Source: Escherichia phage vB_EcoM-ZQ1. From it: DNA of 64,000 nucleotides. Location: sequence record MW650886.1; one strand, written 5' to 3'. Positions 1 to 9,998 of this stretch are shown here, one piece after another (within the stretch, counting starts at the first letter, position 1; every line of letters starts with the position of its first letter). The notes under the pieces are model-generated. The model searched no databases, was not told the origin of the DNA, and saw only the letters and a list, made by a program, of their open reading frames with translations. The position numbers and the translations under genes are program-made.

Positions 1-13
1 TGGGGATTAGTTT

Positions 14-1909
14 TTAATCAGAGAATACTAATCCGATTCGCTCCAGAATAAGGTAGTCAGAGGTGGTGGACGATACAACCTTTATAGCCACTGTAGTAAC
101 TAAATGTGGTGGGTTCGATAAATCTGTAAAAAACCACTCAACATCGCCGCCGCCTACTTTTGTGACAGTAGTATCATACACCCTACCAGATGCGATAGTT
201 GGGTTGAAAGTGAGGGACAGGGTGGCGCTGTTACTTGAACCGTTGTTGTCGGTGAAGGCTGCTATAATCGCCTCCAGACGTACTGGTCGCCCAAAGTTTA
301 TGGTGAATTGCTCCCCTGTCTTAATTCGGATAACTCCTGCTGGGTCATTCCATGTAGCAGTTGATGCAGGGTTTAGCCAGAACACATCCCCTGCGACAAT
401 AGGCTTTGTCTGGTATTTATAGCAGTTAGCGGGCAGGGCGTTAGCCTTTCGGAATAGTGTACGTATCAACTTACAGTCTTTTATTTTACTCTTGCGGATG
501 GCAAGACTTTGTTTCACGAGATTATATATCTGGTCATCGTTTTCCAGAAAGTGCCCATTTTTATCAGCATAGAAAGCCCACATGCCAATCTTAGAAAAGT
601 TTTTACAGATGAAGTTATTAACCGCTGTAATCTGTGCGGATTTTAAAGTTGGGGCCTCGTTCTCATACCAATACGCTGTTAGTAACGGGATGATACGTCC
701 TGCCCTCATCCCCTCCTCCTCCATAGCCGACCACATAGAGGCAGCATATCGACGGATACCAACTGCATCTATGAAATGCGCGTACTGGGATGTAAATACA
801 AAATCAATATCCATATGGAGCGGTAGAGAATCCCAGTTAACTTCTGCGTTACTAGCGGCGTACAGCGGTAGGTTACTAAGTGTTTTCACTTTAGCAATAA
901 TCTCCCCCTGGCGAGTAAGAGGGTATGTAGACAAATTCGGCTCGTCGAATAGGTATAGCCCTACTACAGCGTCATGGTCAAATAAAGAAGACAGCTTAGC
1001 GAAATCTGCATCCAGGTCAGATGAATATGCACCATTTGGCACTGCCTGAAGTATGACGTCGAAACCATACAACTCAGCTAAGTCCAGAAACGCACGGTAT
1101 GTATCAACACCTGCAGTCCAGGTGTAGAACATGAATGTCCCTATCCCTAAGTTACTGGCTTTTTCAAACAGAGTAGGGTCCAAGTCCAACTTAGTCCAAA
1201 CTTCTGAAAAAGCAACAATCCCATCAGAGTTTTTCTGTCGTTTAGGTTCGGAAATAGTGAATCCTTTGCCTGTAGCATCATAAAAAGTGTGTGCATTACC
1301 ACTTCCAGGAGACCCTGTGGTGCCAGTGGCACGATAACTAACCGTTCCATATTTGAACCGCAGGAGGACGCTATTTGTTTTTATCTGCGAGACTTTAGCT
1401 GTGGCAATATTTATAGCTTCGTTGACTGGTTCTCCACCCAATTTTGAACGCAAATCGGGGTCAATTTGAAGCTTCCAGTCACCATTACCCACCGGGTTAG
1501 TCTCTGACGTAATAGTTACAGGTAGAGTTCCTAAGTAGGTGTAACCTATGCCATTATGAAACAGTAACTCATTTCGAGTATTCACCACCAAACCAGTAGC
1601 AAACGAATCAGACAGGCTTACGAACTCTCTACGTGTAGCAGCCAGTTCACCCAAATCAACTGTACCTGCTGAATGTACCAGGATTGCATGTTCGTTCAGA
1701 CTTATCGCAGTCGTTCCTGAAACAATACCTGAAGGAAGAGAATAAGCCCGTTGGGTAGACTCATCATAAATTACTTTAAATCCACTGAGGTCAATACCGA
1801 CAGTGAAATAAACGACTTCGTCTTCTTTGACACCGAAATTTCGAGCGATAGATTGTTTGTTAACTTCTATGGAAGTGGAGCCGCGTGGTTGATTGAATTG
1901 AGAAATCAT
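14..1909 (-). CDS. Tailspike / tail fibre protein with C-terminal putative glycosidase (depolymerase) domain
   Basis: 631-aa ORF; N-terminal ~95 aa module (VKEDEVVYFTVGIDLSGFKVIYDESTQRAY...) is near-identical to an internal module of the adjacent 1050-aa ORF; C-terminal half has TIM-barrel glycoside-hydrolase-like motif (LYLFDEPN); late-promoter-like motif and SD upstream. Confidence 0.55.
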   Translation of the reverse strand: MISQFNQPRGSTSIEVNKQSIARNFGVKEDEVVYFTVGIDLSGFKVIYDESTQRAYSLPSGIVSGTTAISLNEHAILVHSAGTVDLGELAATRREFVSLSDSFATGLVVNTRNELLFHNGIGYTYLGTLPVTITSETNPVGNGDWKLQIDPDLRSKLGGEPVNEAINIATAKVSQIKTNSVLLRFKYGTVSYRATGTTGSPGSGNAHTFYDATGKGFTISEPKRQKNSDGIVAFSEVWTKLDLDPTLFEKASNLGIGTFMFYTWTAGVDTYRAFLDLAELYGFDVILQAVPNGAYSSDLDADFAKLSSLFDHDAVVGLYLFDEPNLSTYPLTRQGEIIAKVKTLSNLPLYAASNAEVNWDSLPLHMDIDFVFTSQYAHFIDAVGIRRYAASMWSAMEEEGMRAGRIIPLLTAYWYENEAPTLKSAQITAVNNFICKNFSKIGMWAFYADKNGHFLENDDQIYNLVKQSLAIRKSKIKDCKLIRTLFRKANALPANCYKYQTKPIVAGDVFWLNPASTATWNDPAGVIRIKTGEQFTINFGRPVRLEAIIAAFTDNNGSSNSATLSLTFNPTIASGRVYDTTVTKVGGGDVEWFFTDLSNPPHLVTTVAIKVVSSTTSDYLILERIGLVFSD

Positions 1910-1938
1910 GATAATACCCCATAAAGGATGACCAATAT

Positions 1939-1949
1939 GGGGTATTTAG
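1939..1949 (-). promoter_or_regulatory. Late-promoter-like motif CTAAATACCCC (minus strand) about 30 nt upstream of tailspike start
   Basis: Minus-strand sequence CTAAATACCCCATATTGGTCATCCTTTATGGGGTATTATCATG; resembles T4-type late promoter TATAAATA; same motif recurs upstream of other late genes. Confidence 0.4.
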
Positions 1950-1987
1950 GCTGAACTAATAAATTTATGAACAAAGGTATAACAAGA

Positions 1988-2012
1988 ACCCCGCCGAAGC
2001 GGGGGTTTTTAT
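1988..2012. terminator. GC-rich hairpin (ACCCCGC-CGAA-GCGGGGGT) with flanking T/A runs, intrinsic terminator between the two tailspike genes
   Basis: Perfect stem-loop followed by TTTTTAT on the plus strand; on the minus strand it immediately follows the stop codon of ORF 2009..5161. Confidence 0.5.
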
Positions 2013-5000
2013 AACTTACCTAGTGCGATAGCGACGTACGGCGACGTTGTATTCCCGACAACGTTATACAGCCCAATCGGCGTTCGGTCTAATGATGGTA
2101 GCCTTGCCCCTGCAACACCACCAACACAGCCCAAAGGTAATGGGGTACTAAAGTTTAAATTAAGACGCTCAAAGATGGAGAAAGCCAGCGTTGGCACTAC
2201 CGGCACCAGTTCAATTATTTGAGGTCTTGTGCTAGCCGGAATGGAAACATTGTAAAACGATGCGAATGTTGTCCCGTCAGCCCTTTTCAATAACGGAGTC
2301 ACCGTCATGCCTGACTCCACTGGACCAATCATCAGGAACAGCCTGGTGATACCTGACAATTCAGTATTAACGCTGAAATACATATTACTGCTACTGGAGG
2401 TAGAGTTCACTCCAGAGAGCGAACCGAAACACGGAGTATCTTTTATGATACTTTGCAACCAATTAGCTTTAAAATTAGTTACCCTTTGTGTTCTGTTTTC
2501 CTGGGAGATAAAGAAATTCTGCCGGTGGATGCTGGTTACAACGTTCTCACCACTTCCGGAGTCTGGGACCTCATCAAACGATATTAACTCGTACACCCCA
2601 TCGGACACTTTCTTAGCCGACGCGTAGCAGCTGAAATAATCACCTTGATACACTATCTGTGATGTACTGAATGTGCTTAGATCGTAGGTAATGGTCAAGC
2701 TTACATTGCTGCGGTACATCGGAGTCACAGGACGTGAAGTAGTACCGGTAATTACCAGTGGGTCATCGAAGTCAGTGTACGCCTCAATTCGCGGGCCAGC
2801 GTACACATAATTGCTAACCAGTATTGACCAGCCGTTCGCCCCGGTTAGGTCATTTGTTTTACAAATAGCGATACCACCTGCGGAGCTACCAGTATTTGCT
2901 CTGATTACAGCAATCATTTGCCCGCGATAGTATCCAAGACAGGTTTCATTAATCAGGCTCCGCCCTGGAAAATCACTTATCTGAAAACTTTTAGTAACTG
3001 ACCATGTAGTACTTGCATTCAGAAGTACATCTGATGAAGTTACAAGCTGAACTTCTGTACCTGTTATACTGTAACGAGAAATAATAAGTTTGCCATCCGG
3101 TGTTGTTAATACGTTACCCCACTGATAATAATCATCCGTTGTTACGATGTCAGATTTGCTTGTAAATGCACCAGAGTTATTGAGATCTACGTACCCTACA
3201 ATAGTTTTTTTATAGGTATCTGCGGCGACGTCATGCAGCGTAAAGGCGATAATTAACTGATTACCTGGGTTGCTAACCGAAATGCTTGGCTCTTTTGCCG
3301 CTATACCCGCAGGTGGCACATATTCCCATATAACAGAAGCACTCCCGTCCTTGAGAATTTCTGCGATGCAGGCACTGTGCTTACCTGTTGCCTGATCGAT
3401 GTGTGCTGGCGATCGACGGAAACATAAAAGATTACGACCATTCCAGAATACGGTGTTACCAAATCCGTCATACTGTACCGTGGTATCTGTGTCTTTTAAT
3501 GACGTGAGGGTTGAAACGGCGGTTTTTAATGATGACATTGATTCTTTGGAAGTCACATCAACTGATGAATCCAATATAGATATTTCGTTATATATTGTAT
3601 CGATATTCTCCTGCACAGTTTTCCCATTACTGGAACCTGTAATCTGGGCACCATTATCTGATAATAAATCACTTCTTAAAGAAGCATCACCAACGCTAAC
3701 CCACGCACCAAGACCAGTACCACCAGATGCTTCAGGGGTTGAGCCAGATGGGACAGTTTTTGGAAACTCCCCTTCCCAGCGGTATTTACCTGTTGTATGG
3801 GTAAGTAATTCATTTTTAACATTAAGTGTAGCACCAGAATCAAATGTCCCGGACAATGTGACGTACTCTTCACGAGATACAGCCAATTCCCCAAGATCTA
3901 CAGAACCCGCTGAATGCACCAGTATAGCGGAAGAACTAAGACTGACAGCAGTAGTACCAGGGACAATATCAGCAGGCAAGGGATAAGCCCTTTGCGTCTC
4001 CTTGTCATAAATAACTTTATACCCACTTAACGCAGCACCAACACTAAAATAAACGACCTCTGTATCTTTAACATTGGCTACACGAGCCACTTCCCGCAAA
4101 GTATAATCAATTTGATTATAGATGTTTGGTGTTCCATTGATAATTACAACAACTTCATCCTCTGGTTCCAGTTCTTGCGCCAGAGTGATTTTACTGGTTA
4201 ATGGATCGAATGTGAATCCCAGATTTTTATACTGGCGACTTCCGTTTATATCAATGGCCGGAACATCATCAACAACGACGTCCAACGTGATTTCGGTTTC
4301 ACCACCAATCGCTGAACCCCCATTATAGACCCAAGTAATCGTAGAAGAACTAGAACCACCGCCATTACCCAATTGAATAGGAGTATATTCAATCACCTGA
4401 AGTTCTGTGTTGGCTGGCAAAGAAGGACTGAAAGTGATTACATTCCCATCTAGTGAATATTTGGATTCCGCAAGACGTTTCCCATCAGCATACACGTCCA
4501 CGATTGTTGGTGGAGTATTGAGAGCGACAGAACTTGTTTCAGACGCCAAAATTTTTGTAAAGATTTCACGACTGTAGACACGACCTTGGCCAAGACCGAC
4601 GCCGGATGTGATAACCCAACCTTGTTCAGGTCCAGACCAAGTGAACGTTGCTGATACGTTATCAGTTGTTATAGCCATGTCTTCAGTGGAGCCATACAAA
4701 TTATTTCCAGAAGGAGACACGGTCAATGGGTAAGTGGCAAATTTCCCATAAGCATCACAAATAGTAACGGAATCCCCAATACGCGTAGGGGAAGGGAGAA
4801 CCACTGTAGATGCCCCTGTGGTATTATTAATGAGATAGCCTCGCCCTTCAGTGAGCGTTGCCGTAGAGGCATGCGGAAGGACTTCCCAGCGGATACCACC
4901 GCCACCCAGCGGCAACCATCCACCATTTTCATAGAAGCCCTCAAATTCGTCGGAGTCGGCATTGTAGCGAACGGAAGACGGGAGTCCTGTGCTGGCATTA

Positions 5001-5161
5001 CCCTCGGGTAAAGTCAGGACAGCATCTGGTCCATGCTCAATCGTACCCGTGTTGAGGAGACCAGCCAAAGTAGACTGCTCTTCAGCCGCCAGACCGAGAG
5101 GGAAAACAGGCTGTGTTGGTTTATTAGCCATTTCAAATACCCCTAAATGTGTTCGTTTCAT
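2009..5161 (-). CDS. Large tailspike protein (about 1040-1050 aa); start probably the second ATG at 5131
   Basis: Long ORF with Gly/Ser/Thr-rich beta-rich composition; shares the ~95-aa module with ORF 14..1909 (residues around 350); first ATG lies inside an inverted repeat and the promoter-like motif, second ATG has SD AGGGG. Confidence 0.55.
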   Translation of the reverse strand: MKRTHLGVFEMANKPTQPVFPLGLAAEEQSTLAGLLNTGTIEHGPDAVLTLPEGNASTGLPSSVRYNADSDEFEGFYENGGWLPLGGGGIRWEVLPHASTATLTEGRGYLINNTTGASTVVLPSPTRIGDSVTICDAYGKFATYPLTVSPSGNNLYGSTEDMAITTDNVSATFTWSGPEQGWVITSGVGLGQGRVYSREIFTKILASETSSVALNTPPTIVDVYADGKRLAESKYSLDGNVITFSPSLPANTELQVIEYTPIQLGNGGGSSSSTITWVYNGGSAIGGETEITLDVVVDDVPAIDINGSRQYKNLGFTFDPLTSKITLAQELEPEDEVVVIINGTPNIYNQIDYTLREVARVANVKDTEVVYFSVGAALSGYKVIYDKETQRAYPLPADIVPGTTAVSLSSSAILVHSAGSVDLGELAVSREEYVTLSGTFDSGATLNVKNELLTHTTGKYRWEGEFPKTVPSGSTPEASGGTGLGAWVSVGDASLRSDLLSDNGAQITGSSNGKTVQENIDTIYNEISILDSSVDVTSKESMSSLKTAVSTLTSLKDTDTTVQYDGFGNTVFWNGRNLLCFRRSPAHIDQATGKHSACIAEILKDGSASVIWEYVPPAGIAAKEPSISVSNPGNQLIIAFTLHDVAADTYKKTIVGYVDLNNSGAFTSKSDIVTTDDYYQWGNVLTTPDGKLIISRYSITGTEVQLVTSSDVLLNASTTWSVTKSFQISDFPGRSLINETCLGYYRGQMIAVIRANTGSSAGGIAICKTNDLTGANGWSILVSNYVYAGPRIEAYTDFDDPLVITGTTSRPVTPMYRSNVSLTITYDLSTFSTSQIVYQGDYFSCYASAKKVSDGVYELISFDEVPDSGSGENVVTSIHRQNFFISQENRTQRVTNFKANWLQSIIKDTPCFGSLSGVNSTSSSSNMYFSVNTELSGITRLFLMIGPVESGMTVTPLLKRADGTTFASFYNVSIPASTRPQIIELVPVVPTLAFSIFERLNLNFSTPLPLGCVGGVAGARLPSLDRTPIGLYNVVGNTTSPYVAIALGKL

Positions 5162-5164
5162 CTA

Positions 5165-5175
5165 GGGGTATTTAG
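5165..5175 (-). promoter_or_regulatory. Late-promoter-like motif CTAAATACCCC (minus strand) at the start of the large tailspike gene
   Basis: Minus strand reads AAATACCCCTAGATGAAACGAACACATTTAGGGGTATTTGAAATG; motif is half of an 11-bp inverted repeat. Confidence 0.4.
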
Positions 5176-5183
5176 TTTTCACT

Positions 5184-6395
5184 TTAGAAAGAAGCGACTA
5201 GATTGTAGTCAACGGAGCACGCAGTCGTCGTGTTCGCATTTGTTATCGTCAAACGAAGTTTTGAAGACACTACAGAACCCGCGAATGTCACCGTACCGGA
5301 AGTGGACTTCTGTACCAACAGCTCAGACTTGATAGTCCCGTCACGGGTGATCGTCACGCGGTACGTATCCACGACGTTGCCTGTACCCCATTGTGCACTG
5401 ATCAACACCTGGCAAAGGTTCACCAAATCGAAGTCGGGTAACGCAGAGTTCCCAGAAGCAGAGACAGTGATACCGCTTGGGTTGGTCTTCCCGATCTTCA
5501 CACGGGCAGCAATGTCGGCGTCCAGGCTTGTCATTTTGGCGTTGTAGGTCGATGTGTTGACCTTTCCAGACAACGTGGTATTGATCGTGCCGATATCACT
5601 CTGAATGCCGCTGATGGAACCGTCCAACGCCGCCATCTTCGTGTTATACGTACTGACGTTCACTTTGTTGTTCGTCAGATCCAGTATACTGGTGTCCAGG
5701 CTAGACATCTTGGAGTTGTAAGTCGACGTGTTGACCTTCGCAGCCAGAGTGGTGTTGACAGTGTTGAACTGAGACTGGATATCCAACATATCGGCATCAT
5801 AATCAACAACCTTCAGATAAGCGTTGAAACGCGTATCATTGAAGATAGAAGCCACAAACGCAGATGTGTCGTACTTGACAGTGTCGGTTCCACTCACCAG
5901 TAACATGGTAGTTGGCACACCAGTACCAGAGTAATTGGCCAGATTTGTGCCATCGAAAGTGAGTTTGTTGTAGCCGCCAGGTAACAACTCGATTTTCAGA
6001 CCAGAGTTAACCCCGGCAGTGTCTTCACTCACGCCGTGCTTGCGCAGCATAGACAGATTGACGCCATCAGTGGAATCAACTGGCTCATCTGCGATGGTAA
6101 GTTTCTTCCCCGTAGGGATACTGACACCAGCATTGGCTCGGATTTCTGCGGCAAAAGTCTTCCGCCCGTTGATAGTTTGTTCACCACCGTCGGTACGGAT
6201 CACTTTGTTTTCCAGTGTGTCGTAGATATTATCCACAGAACGCTTCAGCTCATACGTCAAATGAGCTGAAGGAGGAAACAACGAATCATCAACAGCGAAA
6301 TCGTTGACAACATCAGTCTTGCTTATTTTATCGTCAACAGAAGAAAGGATTGCATCAATCTGCTGACCTGTGTATCGACTCAGAAAATCGGCCAT
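5184..6395 (-). CDS. Tail fibre protein with internal sequence repeats
   Basis: 403-aa ORF; repeated units VNTSTYNSKM / VNVSTYNTKM / VNTSTYNAKM typical of fibre shafts; strong SD AAGGAG upstream; located between baseplate-like and tailspike genes. Confidence 0.5.
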   Translation of the reverse strand: MADFLSRYTGQQIDAILSSVDDKISKTDVVNDFAVDDSLFPPSAHLTYELKRSVDNIYDTLENKVIRTDGGEQTINGRKTFAAEIRANAGVSIPTGKKLTIADEPVDSTDGVNLSMLRKHGVSEDTAGVNSGLKIELLPGGYNKLTFDGTNLANYSGTGVPTTMLLVSGTDTVKYDTSAFVASIFNDTRFNAYLKVVDYDADMLDIQSQFNTVNTTLAAKVNTSTYNSKMSSLDTSILDLTNNKVNVSTYNTKMAALDGSISGIQSDIGTINTTLSGKVNTSTYNAKMTSLDADIAARVKIGKTNPSGITVSASGNSALPDFDLVNLCQVLISAQWGTGNVVDTYRVTITRDGTIKSELLVQKSTSGTVTFAGSVVSSKLRLTITNANTTTACSVDYNLVASF

Positions 6396-6397
6396 TT

Positions 6398-7252
6398 TTA
6401 ACTCCTTGAACTTTCTAGGAATACAGTAAACCCAGCAGGATGGAAATGCTGACGGAAGACGCGATCAAACACACCTTCAAAATCAGATACGTTGCCAGGA
6501 ACTCTTATCACATACGTGAATTCATCATAGTAGTAATCGTCACGCATTCCTGTCGCGCCGTCACATTCAAAGTTGTCGTCCAGGCCACCAATTGCTTCCT
6601 TGGGATAATACACACTCACTGGGCAACCAAAGTAAATCCAGAAGAACAATTCAATCGCTTTCTTCGTCCCGCGAATGCGATAAATGTGTTTAAGTAACTT
6701 CAACCAGCGTACATGGTCCAGTGTCCGGCGTTCAGTTCCCTCGACATACACAGAGAGTGTGTCTCCGTCTGAAGTCACCAAACTGTCCGAACCAACTGGC
6801 ACAAACTTCCCGAACTCTAGGAAGGACTTATCAACCGTTCTCTGGAATCCAAAATCAGCATACCAATCGTCGATGCGTTCGTTCTTGTCTTCCATTGAGA
6901 TTAATGGCCGACCGTCCACGTCCAGCAAATCTTCGAAGTCTAGCGCCATCATGTTCTCAAACGTGCGCGTCAGGAACTTGTCTTCCAAGAAGTCTTTGGC
7001 CTCAGTACCTGGTGTCTTGCGCTTCTTGATGTCAATCAACTGCTCAATAGGAGACTGATCCGTATTTGGGTTCACCCAACCACCAGTGTCTGCCAGATAC
7101 GCCAAGATCTCCTCTTCGGTGAATCCCTGCTGTCGATACAACCAGTTGAAGAACGTATCCATAAACTCGATGAATACTGGGAATTCATTCTGGTAAAACA
7201 ATGGGGTTTCATATTTCACCCCATTGTGTCCGTTATTAAGATCTTTGGACAT
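6398..7252 (-). CDS. Hypothetical structural protein (baseplate or fibre-associated by context)
   Basis: 284-aa ORF overlapping the end of the upstream baseplate-like gene by 17 nt (translational coupling); no recognisable motif. Confidence 0.4.
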   Translation of the reverse strand: MSKDLNNGHNGVKYETPLFYQNEFPVFIEFMDTFFNWLYRQQGFTEEEILAYLADTGGWVNPNTDQSPIEQLIDIKKRKTPGTEAKDFLEDKFLTRTFENMMALDFEDLLDVDGRPLISMEDKNERIDDWYADFGFQRTVDKSFLEFGKFVPVGSDSLVTSDGDTLSVYVEGTERRTLDHVRWLKLLKHIYRIRGTKKAIELFFWIYFGCPVSVYYPKEAIGGLDDNFECDGATGMRDDYYYDEFTYVIRVPGNVSDFEGVFDRVFRQHFHPAGFTVFLESSRS

Positions 7253-9014
7253 AACGCACCTCCGGCTCCACAGTTACAGCACCGATGCGGAGCACCTGAT
7301 TCTGTGTGGCCTGAATGTTCTGGTCAAGACCGTCTGGAGACACAATTATTGTCACACCCTCAGTGTTGTAGTTAGATACTATGATACGCTGGAGTTCAAC
7401 AACGCCAGTCGCATAATCAACCGTTCCAACAGCTTGTACCAGATATTCCTTGGTTGTGTCTGTTGTACTCACCTTGTACATATTCAGGACACCACTGACG
7501 TCGCGTATGTAGTAAGTGAATTCGACCTCGGCCGGAAGCGGCTTAAACCCACTGATACGCACAGAACCAGACGCAATCGAGCGCCCATAATCGAATGTGA
7601 AGCTGTCCAGTACCCCATAGTCTGGCTTGAAATGGCGCTTATACTTCACAGAAGTGATGTTTGACACTATCGATCTGTCCATGTCGGTGATGGCCGACTG
7701 TAACTGCTCTTTATCGAACAGTTCGTCGAATCCTTCTAGATTCCCCAAACCCCAGTTAACAACACCGTTCTTCACGACTGTCTTCAACTGCTCTTCGGTA
7801 TAGGACGTGGAAGTCGGATCCCAGAACACGCGGGTGGTGACATCAACATAAGTCAGTTCAGCGTCGACAATCTTGGGTGTGATCGTGCCCACATTGTACT
7901 TGTCTAACGTCGCCACGATATCTGCCTTCTCAGCGTCCGAGAGCGCCTCACCAACAGAAGGTATCACAGCAATGTAAACGTATCCGGAGTCAGGCGGAGA
8001 GAGCGTGTCGCCGCCATATGCTTTGGCGCGGGAGACGTTGGAGAACAGACGCTCGGTCAACACAGCATAATCGACTTCGGCTACCGCCGCACCCTCAGCC
8101 TGATAAGCCAGCGGAGCAAGGCGCTTGATGTCCTCAATGCTCTCTGGGTCCGCACCGCCGGAAGAACGTTCTGACACCAGCTCAACATCTACAAGGTTGA
8201 ATCCCCCGATGGAAGACGCGGAGGACAAGGCAGTGATGTCATTGCCGTCTGCACCAGCTGTCTCCAGATACTGGAGGTACACGACGTTCCCGTCTTCTAC
8301 TCGCTTACAGATATACCCATCACCGAATTCGAACGTGTACATCCCGTCCAACCCCAGCTCAACGAAGTAGAGTTGCGCATACTGGCTCAAATCGAACGGG
8401 CTGACATATCGTGAGAAGGTAGACCGCACGTCAGATGTCTCAGATTCCTGCACCTGCACCACCATATGGTCGATGTCCACGGAAGAAGATGGGATCACAT
8501 AGGTAGAGATCGCGCTGCCTTCCACATCATAGGACTTGTACAGCCAGTTACCCTGTATGAGTTTGATGTTCTCGAACTTGTAAGAGCCGTCTACAAGAGA
8601 GGCACTCACAGGTTGGTCAACCGTGAAGTTATAGGATTTGCCATCCTTCACCCCAATGAACATCGCGCGGCGATCCATTACAATCGTTTCTGGAGCCGTG
8701 CTGGCGTCATATGGAGTGACTGTGACGTTTGCGTACAGGTACGCTGCCTGGTAGTTGTGAGGGGTGTAAGACAAGAACCCAGCCGCAAGACCGACATTAG
8801 AACGCTGTTGAGCAGAGTGAAGATGGCTTTCGCCATTCAGCATGTTCTGCATGAACCCGATAGAGTTGGCATCCGAGGCCAAGATACGCACGATTGCACT
8901 GAGACCAGAACCTTCAAAGTCATAATCCTTGAAAGTTGGATCAGCTTTCATGCGCTTCTTGATAAGATACTCGAAAGCCCTGACATCGAGTGAAGGGACT
9001 GTTTGCGTGGCCAT
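7236..9014 (-). CDS. Baseplate wedge protein (gp6 / baseplate J-like), assignment by size and context
   Basis: About 590-aa ORF; track start is a TTG at 9065, more likely ATG at 9014 (MATQTVPSL...); CTAAATA motif upstream; first gene of the minus-strand structural operon. Confidence 0.4.
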   Translation of the reverse strand: MATQTVPSLDVRAFEYLIKKRMKADPTFKDYDFEGSGLSAIVRILASDANSIGFMQNMLNGESHLHSAQQRSNVGLAAGFLSYTPHNYQAAYLYANVTVTPYDASTAPETIVMDRRAMFIGVKDGKSYNFTVDQPVSASLVDGSYKFENIKLIQGNWLYKSYDVEGSAISTYVIPSSSVDIDHMVVQVQESETSDVRSTFSRYVSPFDLSQYAQLYFVELGLDGMYTFEFGDGYICKRVEDGNVVYLQYLETAGADGNDITALSSASSIGGFNLVDVELVSERSSGGADPESIEDIKRLAPLAYQAEGAAVAEVDYAVLTERLFSNVSRAKAYGGDTLSPPDSGYVYIAVIPSVGEALSDAEKADIVATLDKYNVGTITPKIVDAELTYVDVTTRVFWDPTSTSYTEEQLKTVVKNGVVNWGLGNLEGFDELFDKEQLQSAITDMDRSIVSNITSVKYKRHFKPDYGVLDSFTFDYGRSIASGSVRISGFKPLPAEVEFTYYIRDVSGVLNMYKVSTTDTTKEYLVQAVGTVDYATGVVELQRIIVSNYNTEGVTIIVSPDGLDQNIQATQNQVLRIGAVTVEPEVRYVQRS

Positions 9015-9054
9015 GATAATCTCCATCACCTGAGTTTGAATATGGTGTTGAAGA

Positions 9055-9061
9055 TATTTAG
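9055..9061 (-). promoter_or_regulatory. Late-promoter-like CTAAATA motif upstream of baseplate gene
   Basis: Minus strand reads GGCTAAATATCTTCAACACC about 40 nt upstream of ATG 9014. Confidence 0.35.
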
Positions 9062-9368
9062 CCAACGGGAATCAAAACGCTCGCGCGCGTTTAATTTATT
9101 CGAATATAACTCGCGAGGGGGCTGACGCCCTCGCTCGTAACACCGCCCTGTGCGGGCAGCACCATTCCACAGCCATGGAGGCTGCTTCTCGTTGTTCGTT
9201 GACACTCACAACTCGAAGGGCACTGCGTTAGGATACAGTTTCTTGATGTTGTAGAAAAGTAGTTTTTACCTATTAATAAACCGAACTCCTATTTTGTTGG
9301 TCTTTAATTCAATAACACTTGCACGAATATAATAGCCCGGACAATCAACCGTTATCAAGGAACCTCTC

Positions 9369-9941
9369 ATGCATATCAACACTGCTGTATTAAAACACAT
9401 CATCCCTTTGTTAGAAAAATATGAAGGGAAAGTAATGTCTGAAGTGCCATTTGAGAAAATTCGCACCGAAATAAAGCACCTGACAAATAAAGATGTCAAT
9501 TACCGTCGTATCCTTTCTTCTGGGCTAGAACTTGCAAAGTCTGACTTCAAAACATCTTCGACATTCTCTTTTAATATCGATGCCACTACGACACTAATAG
9601 ATGAATTAACGCAGTCATCGCAATCTCGCCGCGACCGCTTTCGTCATTTGTGTGTTTCCAATGATTTCCCCAGCACCCGCGTTGGGATCAAATTGGAGGC
9701 GATTCGTTCTGACATTTGCTTCACGATAAATTATATTGTCGAGCCAGGCTCCCAACACATTTATTTTGCCGCAGTGATCGGTTTCTATGGCACTTCTATC
9801 AATGGGTGGGCTGAGCGCGTTGAATTAAAAGAGACACTGAACAAACACAGCACTCCTTCCACTCATTATATGTCACAGGCCGCTGCTCGTGAATATGTGT
9901 ATCTGATCGAGCGCGATGTGAAGTTAAAAGTGGTAAAATAA
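9369..9941 (+). CDS. Hypothetical protein
   Basis: 190-aa ORF with SD AAGGAACC; diverges from the minus-strand structural operon; no recognisable motif. Confidence 0.45.
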   Translation: MHINTAVLKHIIPLLEKYEGKVMSEVPFEKIRTEIKHLTNKDVNYRRILSSGLELAKSDFKTSSTFSFNIDATTTLIDELTQSSQSRRDRFRHLCVSNDFPSTRVGIKLEAIRSDICFTINYIVEPGSQHIYFAAVIGFYGTSINGWAERVELKETLNKHSTPSTHYMSQAAAREYVYLIERDVKLKVVK

Positions 9942-9998
9942 CGCTTTATTCAATAAAGAATTGCAGTAAAGTTAGTTGCATGGAAGGGAGGGAACACT

